Assembly (NCBI GenBank): GCA_964016885.1 | Contig: OZ024743.1 | Coordinates: forward strand, 342,674,001 to 342,738,000 | Source of the DNA: Eledone cirrhosa | Taxonomy: Eukaryota | Length of the DNA: 64,000 nucleotides | Reading direction: 5' to 3' | Part shown: positions 9,652 through 23,531 of the stretch, in pieces | Position numbering within the stretch: the first letter of the stretch is position 1 | How the letters are laid out: each line of letters starts with the position of its first letter | Translations under genes and position numbers: made by a program | Notes under the pieces: generated by a model | Seen by the model: the letters and a program-made list of their open reading frames with translations, nothing else | What the model was told of the DNA's origin: nothing | The model's database searches: none

Positions 9652-12600
9652 TTACACACACGCACACGCACACGCGCACACACACACACACACACACGCA
9701 TATATATATATGTGTGTGTGTATGTTTATATACTGTAACGCATGTAAACATAGACAGGCACACAGATAGGTAAAAAGATACCACTTCATTCCTGTTCAAA
9801 TATATTATCAATATCCTAATCGGGGCCTAACATACATATCATAAACCTTTAATTGACTGTCTGAAAACCAGCTCAATCACGTGAATATATTGTAGCAGCT
9901 CATTTCCTGTGATTATGAACATTTACGATTTGCCAAACTTATTTTTTCTACCTGTAAATATCTGTCCACAGGTCTAGCAGCCTCGAAATATGCTCCACTG
10001 GCGAGCTTTAATAAGACAAATTTATGAGCGTTAACAAAGATATTATTTTTCCTCAGAGTAAAACAAAATCATATCTGTGGAGTGATTACTTACTTTATCG
10101 AAATTATCCCCCCAAGTCGCTAGTAATTGCAGCAAGACAAATTTCAACTCATTGAGTAAATTTTGCATACGTCATTCAATATGTATGTGTGTGGGGGGGG
10201 GGGGGTTATCTCGCACTATATGTAAACTATAATTGTTGTAAACTATAATGCTTTCAACATGAATAAAATGGGATTACTTTTATGAAATTTGAATATATTT
10301 TATCATTATATTTAGTAAATGTATTATAAGGATGTTGCATTCAGAAATGTTACAGCATCAGAAAAAGTGCTTCGCACTATTTGTGTCGACTCTTTGCATT
10401 CTGCTTTCAAGTCCTGCTGAAGTCAGCTTGGCTTTTCTTTATTATAGATGAAACAAAGTACCAGTCAAGTGCTGGGACCGATATAATCTACTATTCCTCT
10501 TTCTGGCTTTGTGACTAAATTAGTACAATTATTAAATTTAATATATCTGTCTTAATCACTTGTGTCTTATACATATTCTATTTTGTCCCAAGAAGTCATT
10601 CCCAATGAGGCGGGACCATCTATTGTATAGAGCAACCAAGACTTCTTCAAATCACACTCTACATTATTTTAAAGATGAAAGTACATATTGGAAAATGTAA
10701 TAAGAAATACGATAAAAACATAGCGAGAATTCCTTTCACCATATGTCTCCATTCGATCACGGAGACCTGAGGGCTAAACAACAACAATATTTACCAATAA
10801 GTAACAATACTAAAAAAAAAGCAAACTAGGGTGTATCTACACTCCACCTGTTAAAAGTAAGAGACAATTCTCCCTCATCTCACTATATCGTCAGAAAAAA
10901 GGAAGAGACATATTAGATAATATAGTCATAGACAATTCTGCTTATATGCATACTAGATCAGGGCTAGTCTGATGTTAAACTATAGCATCCGAGAAATATT
11001 TGTTTTTAAATAGAATTATAACATACACAACTTTTTCAACCGTTGTACATAATTGTATTCTATTGGCGAACCTTTAACTACAAAACCATGAACTGCTCCA
11101 AGCCAGTTTTTCATTATTGTCTTCTGACGAAAGGGTTTTTAGACCCAATATATTAGGACGGATATATAAAATAACAGGCGACACACCAACATCTTCGTTT
11201 CTTAAAATTATTCCAAAATCTACCCTCTATTTTGTATTGACGTAGCTATCGAATGAATAATATTCTAATATATTCTATTAGTATTTATTTCAAAAGACTA
11301 TGGTATCTGAAATTTCTTTCACTTACTTTGCCCACGCGTCTAAGCTATAACTCTTTCCTTTCTAAATACCATTGTATAATTTGTTATTTCTCCGTACTTC
11401 AATCACTATTTATAGCTAATAATATATTTACACCCACACTCTTTCAAATCTGAAACATAAATCATATTAACGTGCTGCCATCACACCAGCACACAATGTT
11501 TTACAACGTTAAGTTTACTGTCCTACTCTTATTTCCCAACACTAGTGGAGAAGAAAGTAATTCTTTAGAGTAAACTGTAGTTTCCTCAATTAATCTGTAC
11601 TATTTAGAGACATGTATAGCATATTATGTAATGCAAGGTATCCATATCAATTTACGCCACATGGAAAGTATATTAATCAATTAGACGTTTGTCACTAAAC
11701 AATTGTAAAACATGTGGCAAATGCATCAGAGAGAAAATCAAGTTTCATAAGAAAAAATAGACTTTCATGAAAAAATTACTTTTTAAAAATATTTTAGACA
11801 AGCTACTAAATGAGATTAGATATACTATTGAGACAAACGTTTACAAAAACTTTTATAAAGCAGTATAAGTAACGCTTTGGGAATAAATGAAGTTTAACAA
11901 GATATAATAGTAATAAATGAACGAAACTCCGAGAAAAAGAACATAATAAATTCATTCAGATGAATTAAATATCAAAAACATCGAAGGTAACAGAATACAG
12001 TTTCTAGCTAACAGTATGACGAACAACATCTTAATCACAAGAGACAGAAAAACCGTAGAAGCTATTAACAATATTAACAATGCATGGCACTCGGTTGAAG
12101 CTGGCACCTCATGCTATATGATATTACTATATATTCAATAAAATTTACATATGTCATATTACTACGTCAAGAAGAAAACCTTGATGTACGTTCCATGCTT
12201 CATTATTCATACAAATAGCAAAGTTCATTTCCGCTTTTAACGAAACCATCTATTGTTATGATGTGATTTTGTTGTATAATATAAGTAGTCTACTGATAGC
12301 AACATCAGAGTAAGTATACTTGGCTACATACAGTTTTTAGCATTTAGAATTAAAACTATATTATTTTTAAAAAATAGACACTGATCGACTTTATTTAATT
12401 GGGAAAATAGACGAATTGAATGAAAAGTTCGAATTGAATTATCGCAGCAGACATAAGACATTTGAGATTACTGTAACAGTCGATTGATATAATGTCGAGG
12501 AATATTTCAAACACAATATACTTGTTTCCCATTAACATGGAAGCTAGTACACAATACATAAAACCTGAAACAATGTATAGAACACAATGTGGAGACATAT

Positions 12601-13238
12601 GTAATTTATTTGTGTTGGATTGAATTTCTTTACATACATTTGATATTGTTGTTTTAGATTCATCGTGTACTATAATAATATTAACTGAAAAATATAACCT
12701 TGATGTGGAAGCTAGTGATTGCAACTGCCGCGTCGGTATTTACTTTGCTTTAAAAAAACATGTTTCTACTTTCTCTCTCTCTCCATATGGATCGCCTTTT
12801 CAGAAAAAGGTTATGATGGCCGTAGCTGGAACGCTTTTATCATTGTTCTGCTTTATAAGTGCTAAACCAGAGAGAGCTATACAACGAAAACACGAACTGC
12901 ACCAACAGGTACCAAGATCAAAAAGGATAGCATTTCAGTGGGATTTTCATTAAGAAATATGAGACACTTGCCAAACTGCTCAACTAAGATACACATCTAA
13001 GTACTTAACTAAAATGCGTATCTATCAGCATTCAAGAAAGTGTATCTGATAAATTCTTATTCATAATTCCATCGTATGTACCTATAAAACTCTATGCCAA
13101 ACACCACATACAATATGTCGTATGTAAGTTAATGTTGAGTTATAGTGCAATGTTAATTAGACTACAGGCCAAATGTCATATCGGCTCTACAATACATCGT
13201 ACCTCGGCATTGACAGATCCTGTCGAAACCAACGGAGA

Positions 13239-13272
<34 letters not shown>

Positions 13273-13478
13273 GTATCCACTGTAAGTTGTGGGGTCTATT
13301 CTGTATGAAGAACTCAATGTAATCCATTTGTTGAAAATATTCTCTCTATCTGATAGTTTGTAAACTTACATAGATCAATAACTGAGTATAGATACAATGT
13401 ATTATCACCATCTAGAAACGATCGTAAAGCAGTGAAGTATATCTCTAATGACTTGATTTTTTTATTTCATTGTTTTAA

Positions 13479-13480
<2 letters not shown>

Positions 13481-13574
<94 letters not shown>

Positions 13575-13600
13575 TATATATATATATGCATATATATATA
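13481..13600. repeat. (TA)n microsatellite
   Basis: Direct. Confidence 0.95.
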
Positions 13601-13684
13601 GGTGGGGTATAAACAGCGGTTGGCTGAAAAGCATTAGGAAAACTTGAAATATGCGTCCCAGCGCCCCAACATAAACAACTATAA

Positions 13685-13860
13685 AAATTGTTCCTACTTT
13701 TGACACAAGGCCAGCAATTACCACAGTGCATTACGGGTGCTTTAATTTATCGACCCCGCAAGGATGAAAGATAAAGTTAACCTCGGCGTTATTTGAACTC
13801 AGAACATAAAGGGCCAGAACTCTATGCTGCAAAACATTGAGTCTGGCGCTCTACCCATAC
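13685..13860 (-). mobile_element. tRNA-SINE (same family as 1530-1686)
   Basis: Family core and gagttcaaat B box. Confidence 0.7.
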
Positions 13861-14407
13861 TCGATAATAGTTGAGAAAATCGCGTAAAGTAACTATCCTT
13901 CCGTATGGATCAGATTTTCAGAAAAGGCTATAATGGCCACGGCTGGAACACTTTTATCATAGCTCTGCTTTGTCAGTGCTAAGCCAGAGCTATACAACGA
14001 AAACAAGTACAGCTCTAAAAAGTACCAAGATCAAAGGTTGATTCCATATCAGTGGGATTTGCATATAGAAATGTGAGATCCCGCGTTTCAAATATGTGTA
14101 AAACGCATTCCTCAAACTTTTAAGCAGAGGAATCAAAGGGAAAATGTGGTGTTCTATAATACAATTGCAGTATATATACATATATATGATCACTGAAGCA
14201 GTGCACAGTGGCGAAGTTGTTCACGCCGCATCCACTTAATTCCGCGTTGGACCTCACTGCATGGTATTATAGAGAATGGATGTGTGTGTATAATGGTGTA
14301 AATTGGTTCTTAGTTTATCAAATACAAAGATATGAAAAGTAAAGTTGACATTGGTGAGGCTCGAAACCAGAATGTAAATAAACAGAAGTAAATACTGCAT
14401 ATTATTT

Positions 14408-14600
14408 AGCGGTGGATTGACAGTCTCAGTAGAGAGTTGGACGCCATGCTTTGCCGCATAGAGTTACGGCCCTTTACAGTCTGAGTTCAAATCCCGTCGG
14501 GGTTAGCTTTGACTTTCATTCTTACGGGGTTGATAAAATAAAGTACCAGTAATGCACTGGGATAATTGCTGGCCTTGTGCCAAAAGTAGAAACAATTATT
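14408..14600 (+). mobile_element. tRNA-SINE, full length
   Basis: ggcggtggattg head, gagttcaaatcc B box, agaaacaattatt tail. Confidence 0.8.
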
Positions 14601-16559
14601 TAGTCAGTTAGTTAGCCGAGTTTGCCGAATTCCCCGTCCTCCTCACGCGAAAATATAAAAGAAAACCAAAAAAAGAAGTAAGATGTATTATTCATGCAGT
14701 AATCCTGCCAAAGCCTATTGAAATTAGTTCAGATAAGATTTCGTTTCATAAAGTAAGACAGTATATAGCGTGTTGTAGTTAAACCCAGCTCACGTCTGGT
14801 CACGCAAACCTTTGATCAAAGGCCTTCCACCCTTAACCATTTCGTCTGTTTGTATATCAGGCAATATATTGTTCAAAGTTTTCGGTAATATATTTCTTCT
14901 CTCATTGGCCTATAAATATATATGTATGTGAATGTGTGCGAGTGAGTGTGAGTATATGTGAATGTGTGTGATGTGTGTTTTAATAAGCGATAGTACTATC
15001 ACAACATGATTCAAAATAAAGGTGTCTATTAATTGATATACAATATGTTTATGCATAATAAACAAACATTTAGCCGTACTTTAATCGGTTATCGTGTTAA
15101 ATGAAATGGTATGGTTTTATTTTAGAGAGATTTGGTTGTTTTGTTTCAAGTAAATTGGTTAACCGTGTAGGAGCTCCTTTGTTTTGTTTTTTGTTGTTGT
15201 TTTTTTTTGCATATCTAGTATATATGAGTAGTGTCTTTCTTTTATAAAACGGTAGTGTGTGATTTGAGAGAAATATGGATGCTACTTCTAGCAGGCTACA
15301 ATTTACGTTAGCCCTTCTAGAATCGCTTGTATTTTTGTGATAGTAGGATATTACTTCTGTTAAAGTTGAGAGAATCTGAACTCGGAACAATAGAACAATA
15401 ACAAACCTAAAACCATACATCTTAGTATGAAAAACGTATTATACAACAACTTACAGCATGTGACCGCTTCTGAATTACAAACAAGTGAAACCATAGTTAT
15501 TATAATAATGAGAAGTACGAAAGTAAATCCATGTGAGTATTGCATCCATCTAATTCTGCATGGAATAAATACCACAATAGAAATGTAATTGAACTTTTCT
15601 ATAAAACTACACAGAATTCTCATTATGATTTCTACAAGATTAAAATAGCAAGGATATCATTTTGAAGTGATATGTATTAGAACGACCATATATAAGAAAT
15701 ACAATTTGTGAATTCCAGCAACATATGAACAGCTCATATGAAGATCATCAATCTTGGTTGATTAGTCGAATATATTCCAATATAAATTATTTTGCTTTCA
15801 CTCCTGTTGTTGGCTTCCTGGAAAGGTCATTCTCGAATGGTAAACAGGAAATTAAACAAATTCTAATATGTCGGTATTCAAAAATACATTTTCATTCCGC
15901 GTCGTTTGAAATTAGATTCATATCTGATTCATATGTTATTGAAGAAATGATAAAACAAAAATCATAGATTCCATATAAAATTTAATATATGATTTATTCA
16001 GATTATATTCGCTTAATGCTTAATTCTAAGATAGGTATGGGATAGGAGCAGTTTATAATGTTGACCCAATTTCTTGACCTAGGAAAGATGAAAGCCAAAG
16101 TCGACCACGAAGGAGTATATATACGACATCAAAAGACGAAACTTAATGCTTTAAGACATTTTCCCCAGCGGTCTAATGAATCTGACAATGCAACGTACAA
16201 TACTCTTTTAATAATGAATTTTTAGTAAGGAACAAATCTAAAATCTAAAACAAAAATTCAAAAAAAATACGAAAAGGTTGAAGTAATCAATATTGTGTTC
16301 ATGAGTTATTTATAACATATCTAATTGTGCTCATGTATTATTTATAACATCTATTTAATTATATTTCCTACCGACATCATTCTTTATAAATACTCGGATA
16401 GCATATCATAGTAACTTAAGAGCGTGTAGCCTGAGATGACAGGCAAGATTTAAATTTCGGACGAATTTAATCAGTAATAGTTAAAATAGCAGGTTAAAAC
16501 AATTCAATATAAACCACGTTGTTACTCTCTAAAAATAGAAATATGGTTGTCACACATTG

Positions 16560-16560
16560 T

Positions 16561-16605
<45 letters not shown>

Positions 16606-16634
16606 TTCTCTCTCTCTCTTTCTCTCACTCTCTA

Positions 16635-16664
<30 letters not shown>
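16560..16664. repeat. (TC)n microsatellite
   Basis: Direct. Confidence 0.95.
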
Positions 16665-16665
<1 letters not shown>

Positions 16666-16807
16666 GGGCACTAATGTATTTGTACAGCTTCAAATACACC
16701 TTGGGGCACATTTTTCTCCAAAGTGTGGGAATAATCAAAACTGATACATATTTTCCCTCTCACTACATTAAGTACGTGATATGCTAGTGTGTGTAATGCA
16801 TCCATCC

Positions 16808-16895
16808 ACATGCAGACATATCTACCATGTTGATGTGTAAATTCTAATGAGACTCTCTATTGGCAAAAATTTGTGAAATTATGAAACCAGAAGAA
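16808..16895 (+). mobile_element. Solo 3' end of the second R4-like family, followed by (CATA)n
   Basis: Matches 26851-26970 (acatgcagacatatctacc...gaaattat.aaaccagaagaa catacatac) with an internal deletion. Confidence 0.7.
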
Positions 16896-16998
16896 CATAC
16901 ATACATGCATGCATACATACATACATACATACATACATACATACATACATACATACATACATACATACATACATACATACATACATACATACATACAT

Positions 16999-17567
16999 GG
17001 TGGCTGCCAACACGTTTTCGAGTACGGCCACTACTTTATATCCATGTAGGAGAACCCCTACCGATGCGCTGAACGAGTGTGACTTTTTAGTCCAGCCTGC
17101 GACATGAAAACTCTGGTACAAATTGTGACAATTATTGACACATAGTGCTGAGCCCATGGTACCATGTGACGACAAGTGCAGAGTGATCTCCAGATATAAA
17201 GCAATGCCTGTGCCGTGAAGCTTTTATAGTGAGCAAAGGCACTGCACAAAGCCAGTCCCACTCTCTTAACCAAGATGATATTTACCAAAAAGAAGAACAA
17301 GTCAACATCATTGGATACCATCGGAGTTGCAGGTATTATATCAGAGTTGTCCTTCTCCTAGAATTCTGCCTTGACAAAGGCTAAGGGGTCATCTCTCCCG
17401 GTGATTTTGGATGGCCATTGACTCTCAAGAGCTCCTTTGCCCTTGACAGGTTTTGTTTTTAGTCCTGCAGGATGTCCAAAGTCACCCTCCTCACCAAGAA
17501 ACCTTGGTGGGGTTGCCAGTTTAGTCGCCAACGACCCGACCATGAGACAGTTTGTACTGGGATACAT
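16999..17567 (-). mobile_element. Bipartite non-autonomous RTE-derived element, copy 1, with (ATGT)n tail
   Basis: RTE-type leader joined to a zinc-finger remnant (..[12 protein letters not shown]) and a short 3'UTR ending gccacc(atgt)n. Confidence 0.7.
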
Positions 17568-17655
17568 ACATACATACATACATACATACATACGTACATA
17601 CATACATACATACATACATACATACATACATACATACATACATACATACATACAT

Positions 17656-18063
17656 GGTGGCTGCCAACTCGTTTTCGAGTACGGCCACTACTTTATATCC
17701 ATGTAGGAGAACCCCTACCGATGCGCTGAACGAGTGTGACTTTTTAGTCCGGCCAGCGACTTGAAAATCTCTGGTACAAACACTACACTTGTGACAATTA
17801 TTGACACATAGTGCTGGGCCCATGGTACCATGTGACGACAAGTGCAGAGAGATCTCCAGATATAAAGCAATGCCTGTGCCGTGAAGCTTTTATAGTGAGC
17901 AAAGGCACTGCACAAAGCCAGTCCCACTCTCTTAACCAAGATGATATTTACCAAAAAGAAGAACAAGTCAACATCATTGGATACCATCAGAGTTGCAGGT
18001 GTTATATCAGAGTTTTCCTTCTCCTAGAATTCTGCCTTGACAAAGGCTAAGGGGTCATCTCTC

Positions 18064-18065
<2 letters not shown>
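17656..18065 (-). mobile_element. Same element, copy 2 (5'-truncated)
   Basis: Near-identical to 16999-17400. Confidence 0.75.
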
Positions 18066-18124
<59 letters not shown>

Positions 18125-18164
18125 GATATTAAATAAATGGAAACTATATTTATAAAACCATATT

Positions 18165-18230
18165 TATTTCATTATATATATTTCAGGGATATCATATTAA
18201 CAATATGTTATGCCTTCTTCAGACAAAATA
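18165..18230 (-). ncRNA. Minimal type I hammerhead ribozyme motif
   Basis: tattttgt CTGAAGA aggcataacatattgttaatatgatatccct GAAA tatata TA atgaaata: 8-bp stem I, long stem II, palindromic stem III. Confidence 0.8.
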
Positions 18231-18485
18231 CAATATAGACAGTTTTATAGATAAATAGATTTGACATACCGTTCAACATCGACTTGTATTTGAAAAAGTT
18301 GATTTGGCAGTGAAAAATTGTAAACAGAAAAAAGGAAAGAAAGAAAGAAGGAAAGAAAGAAAGAAAGAAAACGAAGAAAAAGAAGAAAAAGAAGAAATGC
18401 ATGCAACAAAATAGAGAGATGGAAAGATAGATAAAGAGAAGAACTTCATGTAAAGAAACAGAGAGAGATGTTTTGGTAAACATCA

Positions 18486-18822
18486 TCTTAACCAAGATGA
18501 TGTTTACCAAAAAGAAGAACAAGTCAACATCATTGGATACCATCAGAGTTGCAGGTATTATATCAGAGTTTTCCTTCTCCTAGAATTCTGCCTTGACAAA
18601 GGCTAAGGGGTCATCTCTCCCGGTGATTTTGGATGGCCATTGACTCTTAAGAGCTCCTTTGCCCTTTGACAGGTTTTGTTTTTAGTCCTGCAGGATGTCC
18701 AAAGTCACCCTTCTCACCAAGAAACCTTGGTGGGGTTGCCAGTTTAGTCGCCAACGACCCGACCATGGGACAGGTTGTACTGGGATACATGTTACCAGTA
18801 GCACCAACTGGTGACCTGACAT
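18486..18822 (-). mobile_element. Same element, copy 3 (5' half only, longest 5' end)
   Basis: Near-identical to 17265-17567 and extends about 30 nt further 5'; (ATGT)n upstream. Confidence 0.75.
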
Positions 18823-18852
18823 AATACATACATACATACATACATACATACA

Positions 18853-18885
<33 letters not shown>

Positions 18886-18914
18886 GCATACATACATACA
18901 TACATGCATACACA

Positions 18915-19440
18915 ATTGCTGGAAACTCTGCTAAGAGTATTGCCATCGCTTGTCAGATTACAGAATATGGTGCACTTTTAGGCTACGGAAAGCCACATAA
19001 ACCTGTAACAGATCCTGAACAAGCAATGCCTGTGATTTGAAGGTTTTTTAAGAGGGGAAAGGCCTTGCACTAGACCAATCCCACTCTCTGAGCATCGAAA
19101 CCACTACCCGAAAAGGAGAACTGGTGAACCTGATTGGATGCTTCCGAAGCGCAGGTTTTTTTTTCAGAGTTTCCCTGTCCTAGAAAGGTGTTATGACAAC
19201 AATTGGGAGCCTTTCACTCCCAGGTGAAATAAAAAGTACTATTTGGATGGCCGTTGACTCTGCTGAGTTCCTCCGCCATTCGCCGGGTCTTGTATTTCAT
19301 CCCGCTGAGTGTCCAGATACCTCCCGCTTCACTAAGCAGGCGGGGGTTGCCGGTTTAGTCACCAACGACCAGACCATGAGACAGGTTGTACTGGGTTACA
19401 TGTTACCAATAGCAAAGAAAATTTTGAACATCGCAACATG
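18915..19440 (-). mobile_element. Diverged relative of the RTE-derived element
   Basis: Shares cccagtacaacctgtctcatggtc.ggtcgttgg.gactaaac.ggcaaccc, gagtcaa.ggccatccaaa and caggcattgctt blocks. Confidence 0.6.
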
Positions 19441-19552
19441 AACAAAAGTGGCACCATCAACATAGCCAACAACAACACCATAATAATAATTATTATTGTC
19501 GTTGTATCTCTAAACTCTCTCAAAATGTTTAGTTTAAACGATGTCAAATAAT

Positions 19553-19921
19553 AATTGTTTCTACTTTTGGCCAGCAATTACCTAGTACATTACTGGTACT
19601 TTATTTAATCGACCCCGTAAGGATGAAAGGCAAAGTTAACCTCGGCGAGATTTGAACTCAGAATGGCAAGGGCCGTAACTCTATGCGTTAAAAAGCATGG
19701 CGTCCGACCCTCTACCGATACTACCAATACTAATTGTTTCTATTTTTGGCACCAGTCCAGCAATTACCCAGTACATTACTGGTACTTTATTTTATCGGCC
19801 CCGTAAGGATGAAAAGCAAAGTTAACTTCGGCGGGATTTGAACTCAGATCATAAAGGGACGTAACTCTATGCATCAAAGCATGGTGTCCGATTCTCTACC
19901 GATACTGCCAATCCACCGCCA
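19553..19921 (-). mobile_element. Two tandem tRNA-SINEs
   Basis: Family sequence repeated at 19553-19728 and 19731-19921. Confidence 0.8.
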
Positions 19922-19934
19922 ATAATAATTATAT

Positions 19935-20196
19935 GTAACAAGTCGAAAAATTACAGAACAGAACACAGACAAAAACAAACGCAACATCAAAAGAAAAACC
20001 AATTTCAAAAGTTTTGAGCGCAACACCCCTACCTTCCTCGTTGCTATGACTACGAGCTTAGCGTAGCTAAAATCAAAAACAGCAGCAGCAGCAACAACAC
20101 TAGTAACCGATGTTACGGGCCTTGAGAAACAAAAAGAGAAAAAAACTAAGTCAGACATTCAAACATTACAATGAAACTTATTTTTATTTTTTGTTT

Positions 20197-20260
<64 letters not shown>

Positions 20261-23200
20261 ATTAGGTGAACCAAAATTGGCCGGACGGGCTCGTGTAATA
20301 AGAACTAATGGATGGATAAGCGAGTAGGAACTGGAGGAACTGAGCAGAGAGACTAAGTTAGAAATGAAGAGTGGAGTATATCAGGTAAATGAGCCAGTGG
20401 GAAATGAAGGTGAAGAAGTTGAGAGAACGGAGGAAGCATCCGAAGCAGACAATGATCTGAATGCTGAAATAAATAACATCTGGAACAAAGATACGGCCAT
20501 TGAGGAAATGAATGCTGACGGGCTAGGACAAGATTTGGTTGATATCCTGAACTTAGTGGTAGATGAAATGAACAACGATAGTAGAAAACCTATGAGATTT
20601 GTAGACAGGAAAAAGTTAAAAGAAACAACAGCTAAGGTAAATAAGGTCATCCCATACCTTGAGGCGAGGAGCCTTCACCAGTGCAACAATATCCTCAAAG
20701 CAACACCAAATGTGGTGAGGAAATTACTTGGCATAAAAGCGAGAGGAAACAACAAACAAGAAAGATCAGAACCTTGGTGGAAGAAACGACTGAATGGTCA
20801 AATCAAGGAAATGAGAAATGACATTGAAAAGCTTGAGTCTTTACTGAATGGGACATTACAAAACATAGACACTAAAGATAGATTGAAAATAAAATACAAA
20901 ACTAGGGGAAAATAGCTAAATGTTATCATAGAGGAACTGAAGCAACGCATTGTAGCAAAAAGTGCAAAGATTAGGCGGTATGAGAACAGAGTTAGTCAGT
21001 ATAGACAGAACCGCATGTTTGACAACAACCAAAAGATGTTGTTTGAACAGCTTGAAGGGAAAGAAAGAGGCAACGACTTGATCCCTGAGGCGGAATAGAC
21101 TAAGACATTCTGGAGAGGAATATGGGAGCAGGATTTTGAACATAATAGTCAGGCAATGTGGATTGAGACAGTTCAAAAGGAGATTAGTGAACAAGCACAC
21201 CAACAACCTGATTTGAGTATCACAGGCCAAAAAACCAACCAACTGGTAATCACCAGGCCCAGATAGTGTGCAAGGGTATTGGATTAAAAATATAACATCC
21301 CTCCACCCAAAACTGACAACCATGTTCAATGTCTGCTTGATGTCGGGTGAAGTACCAGAGTGGTTGACAAAAGGTACCACAGTTCTGGTAATGAAAGACC
21401 GAATCAAGGGTAATGATGTTACCAACTATAGACCTATCACAAGTCTGTCCGTAATGTGGAAACTGTTGACAAGCATTGTGTCTGAGGAAATCTACCATCA
21501 CCTCCACACAAACAACTTGTTATCGGACGAACAGAAAGGATGCCGAAAGAAGACCCGTGGTACAAAGGACCAGTTACTTATTGATAAGATGGTAATGAGG
21601 AATTGCAAGAGGAGACACACTGGTCTTGCCATGGGATGGATAGACTACAAAAAGGCATTTGAGATGGTACCTCATTCTTGGATAACCAAAAGCCTAGAGA
21701 TCGTCAAGGTGGCAGATAACATCAGACAGCAATTAAGCAAAAGTATGAAGTCCTGAGGAACAGAGTTAACATCAGCTGGAGAATCCTTGGGAGGCGTGAA
21801 GATCAGGAGAGGTATCTTCCAGTGAGATAGTTTGTCCCTTTTGTTATTTGTCCTTGCCCTGATACCCCTGTCCGTCATATTGCGAAAAGTGAGAGCAGGA
21901 TACAAGTTGGAAGGGGAGAGCTTACCATCAACCACCTCCTCTTCCTGGATGATCTTAAACTCTTTGGGAAGAGTGAGGAGTTGGATGTACTTGTTGACAC
22001 TGTCCGTATTTTCAGCAATGATATATGTATGGAATTTAGTGTTAATAAGTGTGGAGTCCTAGTGATGAAGAGGCATAAATTGAGCAGAAGCAACGGAATC
22101 CAGGTACCAACAGGTGAGATGATAAAGGAAATTGACACTGAAGAGGGAAACAAATATTTAGGTGTTCTGGAGGCAGATGACATCAAGAACAAAAAAATGA
22201 AGGAATTGATAAGATCTGAATACATAAGGAGAGTAAGGAACATATTAAAATCACATCTAAATAGTAGGAATGTCATGCGTGCAGTAAATTCCCGAGCTGT
22301 GTCTATTATTAGGTACAGTGCGGGAATTCTGAAATTGAATGTTGCTGAACAAAAAGAAATGAATAGGAAGACTAAGAAGCTATTGACTATCTACAACATG
22401 TTCAACAAGGAGAGTGATGTTGATAGACTCTACTTAAGGAGATCTGAAGGTGGAAGAGGTCTTATCAGCATAGAGGACTGTGTTCAGATGGAGGAAAACA
22501 ACCTGCAAAAATATGTGGCTCACAGTAGGGAGCCAATGCTCAAAATTGTACTGAAGGAGAAGACAATAGACCAGTGGATGTCCAAGGAGGAAATAACAAC
22601 AAGGAGGAAGAGCAACTTTCATGAGAAAACCCTTCATAGTACCTTCTTTATAAAATGGAATTTAGAGATCCGCAGACATGGAAATGGTTAAAAAGAGGAG
22701 ACCTTAAAAAGGCTACGGAAGGAATGATAATGGCTGCACAAGAGCAAGCCCTCATAACGACGTGGATGAAACACCACATTGACAAGGAGGAAGCTAGCTC
22801 ACAGTCTAGAATCTGTGGAGAGAGAGAGGAGACTGTGGCTCACTTTGTATCCGAGTGTAAACACCTAGCCCAGACTCACTATAAAGGCTAGAGACATGAT
22901 GTGATAGGCAGAGTGATCCACTGGCACCTATCCAAAGTAAACAATTTACCACATTCTGTGAAGTGGTATGAGCATAAGCCAGAGTCGGTGATAGAAAACG
23001 ATCAGGTGAAGGTGCTATGTGATATTAGGATACAGACGGACCAAAAATTAGAACACAATAGGCCTGACCTGGTGGTTTTGGACAAGGAAAAAAGATCGTG
23101 TCTGATTGTAGATGTAGCGTGCCCATTTGACACGAGAGTGCAAGAAAAGGAGATGGAGAAAATTAACCGATACCAGGATTTAAAGTGAGAGTTAAAATGG

Positions 23201-23455
23201 ATTTGGAACTGCCATGAAATCAAGGTCGTCCCGATTGTCATAGGGGCACTAGGTACTATCTCAAAGTGTTTCCAAGGATGGTTAAAGAAGATTAGTCCAG
23301 CTCCGCTTTTTGGAACACTTCAAAAGGCATGTTTGCTGGGAACAGCAAGAACCGTCCGATACGTCCTGAATGTCTGAGGCTGCAGGTAGCGGCTTGAAAT
23401 TCATTTCAACAAATCTTCCAGTTAAATTACAACAATGACTAACACTCAAAGAACA
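19935..23455 (+). mobile_element. Decayed near-full-length copy of the same R4/Dong family, with stops and frameshifts and a (TTTA)n tract replacing part of the 5' region
   Basis: ORF fragments 20364-23188 align along the 1129-aa protein; 3'UTR ends in (AAT)n at about 23455; leader match at 20140-20180. Confidence 0.9.
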
Positions 23456-23486
<31 letters not shown>

Positions 23487-23531
23487 AATATACACACACA
23501 CACACACCCACACACACACACACAATAACAA

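Noticed and set aside
16895-18910. CRISPR-like repeat/spacer appearance
   Set aside because: Eukaryotic microsatellites alternating with homologous retroposon copies; no unique spacers or cas genes
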